Of a DNA stretch of 64,000 nt, positions 52,024 to 59,509 are shown in pieces (position 1 is the stretch's first letter; the number at the start of each line of letters is the position of its first letter). The stretch spans positions 13,512-77,511 of the forward strand of contig JBAZGD010000001.1 of assembly GCA_041653055.1 (NCBI GenBank), written 5' to 3'. Both the position numbers and the translations under genes were made by a program. The notes under the pieces were generated by a model. That model searched no databases. It worked only from the letters and a program-made list of their open reading frames with translations, and was not told where the DNA came from. This stretch comes from Candidatus Omnitrophota bacterium (GTDB lineage Bacteria; Omnitrophota; Gorgyraeia; Gygaellales; Profunditerraquicolaceae).

Positions 52024-53267
52024 CTGCCGATCACCTTCTTTCTCCTTAAAAAATGATGGTATGCTAAAGCAAAGCGGTGCGCCTCATCGCGAATCCTGCG
52101 TATCAAATTTAAGCCGAAATTATACCCATTTAATCGAATAGGGTTCTTCCTGCCCCTGATATATATATTCTCTTCTTTCTTGGCTATACTTATAAGCGGC
52201 ACATCTATCTTCAAACCAGCCAGCTCTCTTTCTGCAGATAATAAATGCCCCCTGCCTCCATCTATAATAATCAAATCCGGCAGCATTAAATTATCTCTCA
52301 GCAGGCGGCAGTACCTTCTTTTTACTACTTCCCTTAACATGCCGTAATCATCAATTCCCTCTACAGATTTAATGCGAAACCTGCGGTAATTACCTTTGTC
52401 GGGCTGGCCGTTATAGAAACTTACCATTGACCCGCAAGCCTCTTTTCCCGATATGTCAGATATGTCGAATGCCTCTATTCTCTCGGGCACCTTCTTTAAT
52501 CTAAAAACCTTCCTTAATTCCTCCAACCCTAAATTACAACCGGGATCCAAAGAACCCCGGGCAAGCGCGCCTAAAGCAATAATCTGATCGCGTATCTTAC
52601 CCGCTCCCTCAAAATCCATATGCCTTGATTTTACAGACATATCCTTAAACAGCCTTTTTACCAAGCTTTCGCTCTTGCCTTCAAGAATCAATGATATATC
52701 CCTTATCCTCCTGGCGTATGCCTTCTTATCAAGATCTTTCTCTGGAGAAAGCCCGATAAACCGATCGATGCGCGCCTCATTGGGCGGCTGCTTAATAACC
52801 AAATACGGAAAATACCTGCGAATTGCCTTCATCGCCTTTTTTAGCAGCCCGGCGTTTGTATAGGGGCCGAAGTAACGCGCCCCATCTGCCTCCCTCTTCC
52901 TTGTAATGCCAAGGGCGGGGAACTCCCCGTTGGTAATCTTTACCATCGGAAAACTTTTATCATCGCGCAGAGAGACATTGTATTTTGGCTTATATTTATG
53001 CACCAGGCTTGCCTCCAAAATAAGCGCCATACTTTCATTGGGGCAAAGCCTGTATTCTATATCGAAGGCATTCAAAATAAGCGCTTGGGTCTTAGGGGAA
53101 ATATTGCTATGAAAATAGCCCTTTAGCCGTTTTCTTAAAGACTTTGCCTTGCCGATATAAATAACCTTACCGGATGCATCTTTCATTAAATATACCCCCG
53201 GAGAATCAGAGGCAGTGGCTGCTTTTTCTTTTAAGATATTCTTCATTTTCTCATCACTAAGCCCCAA
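52020..53267 (-). CDS. uvrC: Excinuclease ABC subunit C, short form lacking the C-terminal (HhH)2 domain
   Basis: GIY-YIG (GVYLMKDASGKVIYIGKAKSLRKRL), a UVR-like segment (FEGAGKIRDQIIAL) and an RNase-H-like endonuclease region (IEAFDISDISG...IIIDGGRGHL...RDEAHRFA). It ends at 415 aa. Confidence 0.8.
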   Translation of the reverse strand: MGLSDEKMKNILKEKAATASDSPGVYLMKDASGKVIYIGKAKSLRKRLKGYFHSNISPKTQALILNAFDIEYRLCPNESMALILEASLVHKYKPKYNVSLRDDKSFPMVKITNGEFPALGITRKREADGARYFGPYTNAGLLKKAMKAIRRYFPYLVIKQPPNEARIDRFIGLSPEKDLDKKAYARRIRDISLILEGKSESLVKRLFKDMSVKSRHMDFEGAGKIRDQIIALGALARGSLDPGCNLGLEELRKVFRLKKVPERIEAFDISDISGKEACGSMVSFYNGQPDKGNYRRFRIKSVEGIDDYGMLREVVKRRYCRLLRDNLMLPDLIIIDGGRGHLLSAERELAGLKIDVPLISIAKKEENIYIRGRKNPIRLNGYNFGLNLIRRIRDEAHRFALAYHHFLRRKKVIGR

Positions 53268-54787
53268 ACCTGCCGCAACTCCTTAACTCTAAAAATAAAA
53301 CAAAAAAAGACGTAAGAAAAAAAGGCTGATACCAAAATAAATGCCAGGCTTAAAAATTTATTCGCAATAATACCGCAGGAGAAACAGCATACCGCGCCCA
53401 TGCCCAGGCTTGAGGCAAGGATCCTCAGGAAAGAAAGCTTAATCTCTCCGACCCCAAAATCACCGGCCTTTTTCAGGGCCAGCAGAAATAAAACACAGAA
53501 GGTAATTACTCCGGATATTGACGTAGCCAGGGCGATACCGGCTATCTTAAGCGGAAACATTAATATAATATTTAATACTATATTTAAAGCCAAGCCTAAA
53601 GCCGAAACCTTGGCCGGGGTAAGCGTGTCTTTCATGCTAAAAAAATACGACTGAAGCACCTTATTGGCGCCGTAAGCGCTTAAACCTATCCCGTAAAAAA
53701 AGAGGGCTTCCGCGGTAAGCCCTGCAGAATAAGCATCAAATTTACCGCCGAAGAAAAGGCAATTTATCAATGGATGGGCAAGGACCATCAGAAAAACCCC
53801 TGCCGGCAGCATAACAAAGAATACCGCGCGCAAACCAAAAGAAAGAGTTTGCTTCAGCCCGTTGAAATCCTCTACTATCGCCTGCTGAGAGAGGGTGGGG
53901 AGTATCGCCTGAGAGATGGCATTGCTGAAAACTCCCAATGGGAACTGGATCAAACGATAAGAAAAATACAAAACTGCAACCCCGCCCTCTCCTACTATCC
54001 AGAATAAAGAACCGAAAATAGAATCAACAAAATTATTCACCTGATAAATACAGGAACTCAAAATTCTAGGCAGCATGAGCCTGCGGATAGCCTCTGCTCC
54101 GGGATGATTCAAGGTCTTAGGTAATTTAAGCCTGAACCCTTTCTTGTAAAGCACGGGAATTTGCACGACTAGCTGTAAGGCCCCTCCTATTAAAACACCT
54201 AAAGCCAAACCCTTAACCCCCTCCCCGAAAATAAGGGCGAAAACAATTATGCAAATGTTTAAAAGGCAGGGCGCAAACGCAGGGACAGCAAAATGCCTCA
54301 AGGAATTTAGCAATGCCGTGGCATATGCTGCCAGGCTGATTAATAAAATATAAGGAAAGATAATCCGGTTAAGCTTAACCGTTAAAGCGAACTTCTCCGC
54401 AGTAGCCAAAAAACCCGGGGCAATAAGACGCACGATAAAAGGAGAAAAGATTATGCCCAATACGGTTATAGACATCAGGATCACCAATAAGATATTGAGC
54501 ATAACATTGGCTAACTCCCAAAATTCCTCCTTTGAATGCTTAATCTTGTATTCGCTGAATATGGGGACAAACGCGGCGTTAGTAGCCCCTTCGCCTACAA
54601 AATCCCGGAAAAGATTAGGGATCTTAAAGGCTATAACAAATGCCTGCGCATAAAGATAAACCCCGAAAAGCCTTGCGATGATCACATCGCGGACAAAACC
54701 CAGGAGGCGGGAAACAAAAGTAGCCAAACCGATAATACCGGCTGATTTTGCTACTGCAATATTGGATTGACCCTTATCTATTGACAT
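53243..54787 (-). CDS. murJ: Lipid II flippase MurJ
   Basis: FVSRLLGFVRDVIIARLFG N-terminus and about 14 TM helices. 514 aa. Confidence 0.9.
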   Translation of the reverse strand: MSIDKGQSNIAVAKSAGIIGLATFVSRLLGFVRDVIIARLFGVYLYAQAFVIAFKIPNLFRDFVGEGATNAAFVPIFSEYKIKHSKEEFWELANVMLNILLVILMSITVLGIIFSPFIVRLIAPGFLATAEKFALTVKLNRIIFPYILLISLAAYATALLNSLRHFAVPAFAPCLLNICIIVFALIFGEGVKGLALGVLIGGALQLVVQIPVLYKKGFRLKLPKTLNHPGAEAIRRLMLPRILSSCIYQVNNFVDSIFGSLFWIVGEGGVAVLYFSYRLIQFPLGVFSNAISQAILPTLSQQAIVEDFNGLKQTLSFGLRAVFFVMLPAGVFLMVLAHPLINCLFFGGKFDAYSAGLTAEALFFYGIGLSAYGANKVLQSYFFSMKDTLTPAKVSALGLALNIVLNIILMFPLKIAGIALATSISGVITFCVLFLLALKKAGDFGVGEIKLSFLRILASSLGMGAVCCFSCGIIANKFLSLAFILVSAFFSYVFFCFIFRVKELRQVWGLVMRK

Positions 54788-54809
54788 ATAAGCCTTATTA
54801 TGTTAATAT
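54781..54809 (+). promoter_or_regulatory. rpsT promoter TTGACA -17- TAATAT
   Basis: -35 at 54781-54786 and -10 at 54804-54809. The leader carries AGGAG 8 nt before ATG 54841. Confidence 0.55.
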
Positions 54810-54840
54810 TACTGAAATTTATAAAATAGGAGATTTAAAT

Positions 54841-55104
54841 ATGCCAAGACGCAAAACTTCAATAAAGAAAACACGTTCCGATAGCAGAAAACACCTGCAA
54901 AATGTAAAAATTAAGCAAAACCTTAAGAAAGCTATCAAAAAATTCCAGGGCTTAGTTACCGCAAAAAATCTGGACGAAGCAAGAAAGATGCTGGCCAGTG
55001 TTTTCTCTCAATTGGATAAAGCAGCAAAAAAAAGAACCATTCACCCGGCTACGGCGGACAGAAAAAAATCCCGCCTGATGAAACATTTAGGCAAGGGCGC
55101 ATAA
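54841..55104 (+). CDS. rpsT: 30S ribosomal protein S20
   Basis: MPRRKTSIKKTRSDSRKHLQNVKIKQNLKKAIKK...IHPATADRKKSRL. The track ORF 54748-55104 has an N-terminal extension that is not supported, since the RBS precedes ATG 54841. Confidence 0.93.
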   Translation: MPRRKTSIKKTRSDSRKHLQNVKIKQNLKKAIKKFQGLVTAKNLDEARKMLASVFSQLDKAAKKRTIHPATADRKKSRLMKHLGKGA

Positions 55105-55725
55105 ATTAACCACTAATTTTTCAAGGGCGAAAACGGGCTTTAACCGGCCCGTTTTTATTTCTATATCGCAATTTAAAAGCAGCCTCAGCCTTATTTGCAG
55201 TCCACGCGGATTAACCGTATTATTTTCCAAAGAATACCTTAATCCGCCGAGTATCCTTTCCGCAGGCTCCCCTTCCCTTATAAGCTGGTTTAATATCAAC
55301 AAGGACTTTCCTGCCTGCCTGTTTTCTATTTGGCGGCTTAAGTTGAAGGCGCTGGGAATAACTTCTTCCTTAAAACGTATTACCTTCGCATACTTGCTTA
55401 CGCTTCTTAAAAATGCGGCCTTTTGCCTCTCCTGCCCTATATCTAATATCAAAATAGTATTCTTATCCTGCCTGGCTGCCCATATAGCAATAAAATCATC
55501 TATTGCCTTTTGAAGCCCCTGGGCATCCCTTATCAATACTATCCTCTTATGGGAATTAAGCGGGATATTTAAAAGCTTTTCCTGCAGTTCTTTAAGAGTA
55601 AGCTTTTCTGCATATAATACATCTAAGTTAAAATCTTCTAGTTTACGGGGGAGGGACTCTTCTTTGATACGTTTTAACGCTGCATCTTTGGCGGGAAGAT
55701 CTTGGCCGATGAACAAATAGAGCAT
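55087..55725 (-). CDS. holA: DNA polymerase III delta subunit (short form)
   Basis: LYLFIGQD...LDVLYAEKLTLKELQEKLLNIPLNSHKRIVLIRDAQ resembles the HolA N-terminal domains. Its position after lptE matches the conserved lptE-holA order. 212 aa. Confidence 0.6.
   Translation of the reverse strand: MLYLFIGQDLPAKDAALKRIKEESLPRKLEDFNLDVLYAEKLTLKELQEKLLNIPLNSHKRIVLIRDAQGLQKAIDDFIAIWAARQDKNTILILDIGQERQKAAFLRSVSKYAKVIRFKEEVIPSAFNLSRQIENRQAGKSLLILNQLIREGEPAERILGGLRYSLENNTVNPRGLQIRLRLLLNCDIEIKTGRLKPVFALEKLVVNLCALA
55130..55160 (+). terminator. rpsT terminator embedded in the convergent holA coding sequence
   Basis: AAAACGGGC / GCCCGTTTT stem (55130-55138 / 55147-55155) followed by TATTT. Confidence 0.65.
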
Positions 55726-55731
55726 TTTTAC

Positions 55732-56289
55732 TTACCAATCTTCGACTGTCCGCTCAACAATCCTGCGGGCTAGATCGTTAAGCGCATCAACAACCGCGTT
55801 ACTCTCTGATTGTGCCTGCGGGCCGGTAACAAAGTAAGTTGAGTCGCCGATAAAACCATTCTCCTGCCAGACCATCTTATCTGTCTTGCTATCCCAGAGG
55901 CTTATATTGACTACCAGGTTAATACGATACTCGCTTACATCATCATTGTCTAAGTAACGCAAGGGGTCTTTACGAAATTCAACCACCTCTCCCTTTAAAA
56001 TTAAATCTGCCAATTCTTTACTGGCCGGTTTTAAATTACCGTCAAATAAATACCTGTTATTCACATACCTGGTAATCTCAGTCTCAATCATCGGCCGGTA
56101 AATCCTGTATTTTCTGGCGGCGTTAGCCTCGCTGGTAATATCGATTCGGTTTATAAATGGGGTTATATAAATGGTTTTAAAATCATCCGCAATCATAGAG
56201 CGCGTAGTATAGCCGCAACCGGAAAGCATAACCGAGGAGTGGCAACAGAGAGCAAAAACAAAAAAGGCATAAAAGCTTAATTTTTTCAT
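55732..56289 (-). CDS. lptE: LPS-assembly lipoprotein LptE
   Basis: Lipobox MLSGCGYTTRS (compare GCGWHLR in E. coli LptE), ~185 aa, and synteny with holA. Confidence 0.6.
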   Translation of the reverse strand: MKKLSFYAFFVFALCCHSSVMLSGCGYTTRSMIADDFKTIYITPFINRIDITSEANAARKYRIYRPMIETEITRYVNNRYLFDGNLKPASKELADLILKGEVVEFRKDPLRYLDNDDVSEYRINLVVNISLWDSKTDKMVWQENGFIGDSTYFVTGPQAQSESNAVVDALNDLARRIVERTVEDW

Positions 56290-57224
56290 TTTTTATTCTC
56301 CAATTCCTGCAGCTTTGACAAAGACTTTGCCGCCCAGATACTCTTAGGATAATTATCTACCACATAATTATAATATATGGTTGCCGCCTTATAGGATTTC
56401 TGCTTTTCGTAGAATCTTGCGGTATTAAAACTGGACTCAGCCTCTTTCTCGTTCAGCTTAGCTATATTAGCTTCTGCCTCTGGCGAAAGGTTTGCATCCG
56501 GATGGTCCCTGACAAATTCCTCGAATTTCTGCTTGGCCTCTCCGGCTGCGCCCTGGTCATAATCCGGGCTGCGCGATAATGCTGCGCGGCAGGAGGCGAT
56601 CTGGAATTTGGCCGGCTCGCTCCACTCGCTATCAGGGTAATTTGAGATCACTTTATTAAAAGCCTCTTCTGCTTCATAATAACGCTGCAGGCTCTTCAAA
56701 ACCAAACCGAGCCTGTACTGCGCCTTAGGGGCTAAGGGCCCATAAGTAGAATTTTCTACTACCTTAGTGTATATTTCAACCGCCGGATTTTCAACCGGCA
56801 GAGTAATACCCAGGGCTTTGCGTTTATAGCCAGACATGAATTTCTCGGCGATATTATATTCTCTCTCAATGGCCTCTTTTATCCTCTCAGAAAAAGGATA
56901 TTTATCAATTAACCTCTGGTAAGCCCGGTATGCTTCGTAAAAATTCTCCCGCGCCTCCTCGATCAGCCCCAAATAATACTGAGACTCTGAGGCCTCAAAA
57001 GATTTAGGGTATTCTTTAAGCAGTTTCCTGAATTCCCGCCGGGCTTCCTCAAGCTTACCCTCGTTATAGAAACTCAGGGCGTAATCAAACTGCGCCTTAG
57101 GGCTCTCCTTGGCGACATTCTTCGGATTAACCCATTTTCCCGTCTTAGGAGTCCAGATCCAGAAGGAATACGCAGGGCTGGAAAAAAGAGTAAAAATAAT
57201 AAAACTCAGTATTATCCGTCGCAT
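56286..57224 (-). CDS. bamD: TPR-repeat outer-membrane assembly factor, BamD/YfiO-like
   Basis: Signal peptide and repeated TPR-like units (YALSFYNEGKLEEARREFRKLLKEYPKS..., YRLGLVLKSLQRYYEAEEAFNKVISNYPDSEW). There is no lipobox Cys, so the assignment is tentative. Confidence 0.5.
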   Translation of the reverse strand: MRRIILSFIIFTLFSSPAYSFWIWTPKTGKWVNPKNVAKESPKAQFDYALSFYNEGKLEEARREFRKLLKEYPKSFEASESQYYLGLIEEARENFYEAYRAYQRLIDKYPFSERIKEAIEREYNIAEKFMSGYKRKALGITLPVENPAVEIYTKVVENSTYGPLAPKAQYRLGLVLKSLQRYYEAEEAFNKVISNYPDSEWSEPAKFQIASCRAALSRSPDYDQGAAGEAKQKFEEFVRDHPDANLSPEAEANIAKLNEKEAESSFNTARFYEKQKSYKAATIYYNYVVDNYPKSIWAAKSLSKLQELENKK

Positions 57225-57233
57225 AATGTTATA

Positions 57234-57262
57234 ACTTTAACATACTAGGAGGCTTTTGTCAA
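57234..57262 (-). promoter_or_regulatory. Promoter TTGACA -17- TAAAGT, 9 nt upstream of the bamD-like ATG
   Basis: -35 at 57257-57262, -10 at 57234-57239, ATG at 57224. No Shine-Dalgarno. Confidence 0.4.
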
Positions 57263-57352
57263 ACAAGAAATAACAAAAGAGGGAACGGTTCTCATGCACG
57301 CTACCCCTTTGTCATCAATAGTTTACACAAACAGCATATTATAGAATAACCT

Positions 57353-58735
57353 TTAAAGATAACGATAGGCAAAAGGAATCTCGCTAAAGAAGCTGCTGAG
57401 CCTTAAGAGAAGGAATACCACTAGTTCGTTAAAACTTATAAAGGCCTCCAGCAAAACAGGGAGAAAGACGCTTGCAATAGCCAGGCTTAATCCCGAAAGA
57501 ATAAGCAAAGAAGCCAGCGGGATAATAAAAAGGTTAGCTAATATGGCAACCGGAGAAATAATCTTAAAATAGTAAGCTATTAATCCGACTGTTCCAAGCC
57601 AGGCAGAAAAAGAGACAAGTAAACCATTCGCAATGCCCCTTAAAAACCCTATCCGTAACTTTTCTACTTTGGATAACGCTTTGAGACAAGGGTATAGATA
57701 GGCTATCGCCGCGACACTAGCAAATGAAAGCTGGAAACTAACCGAGAAAAGGTCCCGGGGATTGACAACCAGTATAAATAGCGCAGCCAAAGACAGAGAA
57801 TCCTTAAGAGACGTTTCTCTCTGCAGGAAACAACCTATAATCAAAAATGCCCCCATAACCGTTGAACGCACAACAGGGGTTGAGGCATTGGCGATAAAAC
57901 AATAGAGGACTAAACAAAACATTACCCCAAAATACCTTATTTTACGGGGAATACGCAGTATTTTAAAAGAGATCCCCGATATAAAAGCGATAACCCCGAC
58001 ATGAAAACCGCTAACCACCATTATGTGCACCGTGCCTGATTTAACCATCGAATCATAGACTACTCTTGGAATACCCTTTTTCTCACCTAGAATCATCGCA
58101 TTATTAATGTTGGCGGCAAGAGGAGAAAGGCACCGCTTAAATATTGACTCTGTGCTGTCCTTTAGATAAAAAGCCAGCTTTTTAAATACGCTGCCTTTAT
58201 TTGTATTCAATTTTACCAGTGCAGAGCTGTTTTTTATGCGCATTAATGCCTGGGCCTTGCCCTTAAATAAACGGAACGGCTTCTGAAGCCTGCCAAACAG
58301 AATTAATTCCTCCCCATAAAATAGTTTATTTTGAGCCTTAGAATATACAAGGATATCTCCACAGGTTTTATGCCCGTTGTCGCCTGACTGTATTTCCTCA
58401 GCCCTAAAGGCAAACGAAACGCTTCCCTCTTTAAAAACCGGGCGGCTATTAATAAAACCTTTTATAGCATAAACAGCATCATTTTTATAACGAACGTACT
58501 GGGATATTCCGGATCTTGGCGTAGTATATGAATTTTTAAGGCAAAGGGCCCCTAAGGTAAATATTAATGCGCAGAGCGTAACCTCAAAACTTAAGCCCTT
58601 ATTTATAAGGAGCACGCAAGATAGCGCGAGGATAAGAGCGATGATATAAAAAACCGGGAAAGAAACCTTAAATAAATATACGCATATTATCCCCATGCAA
58701 AATAAGATAACAAAATAACCCAAGACATTCTTCAT
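57353..58735 (-). CDS. comEC: ComEC/Rec2 DNA-uptake channel protein (competence domain only, no metallo-beta-lactamase domain)
   Basis: 460 aa, polytopic. The VHIMVVSGFHVG motif is typical of the ComEC competence domain. Confidence 0.8.
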   Translation of the reverse strand: MKNVLGYFVILFCMGIICVYLFKVSFPVFYIIALILALSCVLLINKGLSFEVTLCALIFTLGALCLKNSYTTPRSGISQYVRYKNDAVYAIKGFINSRPVFKEGSVSFAFRAEEIQSGDNGHKTCGDILVYSKAQNKLFYGEELILFGRLQKPFRLFKGKAQALMRIKNSSALVKLNTNKGSVFKKLAFYLKDSTESIFKRCLSPLAANINNAMILGEKKGIPRVVYDSMVKSGTVHIMVVSGFHVGVIAFISGISFKILRIPRKIRYFGVMFCLVLYCFIANASTPVVRSTVMGAFLIIGCFLQRETSLKDSLSLAALFILVVNPRDLFSVSFQLSFASVAAIAYLYPCLKALSKVEKLRIGFLRGIANGLLVSFSAWLGTVGLIAYYFKIISPVAILANLFIIPLASLLILSGLSLAIASVFLPVLLEAFISFNELVVFLLLRLSSFFSEIPFAYRYL

Positions 58736-59065
58736 CTATTGCGCCATGATATAATCTTTAATTTTATCGAATTTAGCCTCAGTAATGCCTTTTATACCCT
58801 TGAGCTCCTCCGGGCTCTTAAAACCTTTATTAAGCTCCCTGAAGTCAATAATGCGCTGAGATAGCCTATCCCCGATTCCTGATATGCTCATTAAAAGTTT
58901 CTTATCCGCAGTATTTATATTTATCTTGCCCAAACTTTGGTTAAAGCGGCCCGGCCTCTCCCCTGGAGTAAAATGCTTACATGCAAAATTTATCCCCAAC
59001 CCTAAAAGATAAATCAAAAGAATGAATATAACCACCCTTCGTTCATCATTAGTAAGATCAAGCAT
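58736..59065 (-). CDS. comEA: ComEA-like helix-hairpin-helix DNA-binding protein
   Basis: A TM anchor followed by ININTADKKLLMSISGIGDRLSQRIIDFRE...LKGIKGI. ATG 59065 is preferred because GGGAGG lies 7 nt upstream; the track start is TTG 59068. Confidence 0.85.
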   Translation of the reverse strand: MLDLTNDERRVVIFILLIYLLGLGINFACKHFTPGERPGRFNQSLGKININTADKKLLMSISGIGDRLSQRIIDFRELNKGFKSPEELKGIKGITEAKFDKIKDYIMAQ

Positions 59066-59124
59066 CAATTCACCTCCCTAATCCCAATAGACGCAAAAAA
59101 CCCTGAAATCTAACGCTTTTTTTA

Positions 59125-59133
59125 TGGTATACT
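59125..59133 (+). promoter_or_regulatory. Extended -10 promoter TGgTATACT, 7 nt upstream of the receiver-gene ATG (predicted leaderless)
   Basis: TG at 59125-59126, TATACT at 59128-59133, ATG at 59141. Confidence 0.45.
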
Positions 59134-59140
59134 TTAAGGT

Positions 59141-59509
59141 ATGGGCAAGAGGATCCTGATTATCGATGACGACTATAACGGGGCAAAACAAACCAAAGAA
59201 GCCCTGAAAAAAGAAGGTTTTGAAGTAAATTACGCTTATAGCGCAGAAGAGGGGTTCGATAAAATAAAAGAGTCCAGGCCCAACCTCATACTTCTTGACC
59301 TGGTTCTTGCTGATGAAAGCGGATTTAAGGTAGCCCAGCAGATAAAAGATACCCCTGCCTATGCGGATATCCCGATTATTGCCATATCGCTAAAAAAAGA
59401 GGCTATAGATAAACATATAGCCTCAAAAATCGGTATTATTGACTACCTGGAGAAGCCCCTGGATATGGATAAACTCCTCTTCAGGATAAAAGATATCCTT
59501 AATATTTAA
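59141..59509 (+). CDS. Single-domain response-regulator receiver (CheY-like)
   Basis: ILIIDDD, the phospho-acceptor context LILLDLVL, and PIIAIS...K. 122 aa. Confidence 0.88.
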   Translation: MGKRILIIDDDYNGAKQTKEALKKEGFEVNYAYSAEEGFDKIKESRPNLILLDLVLADESGFKVAQQIKDTPAYADIPIIAISLKKEAIDKHIASKIGIIDYLEKPLDMDKLLFRIKDILNI

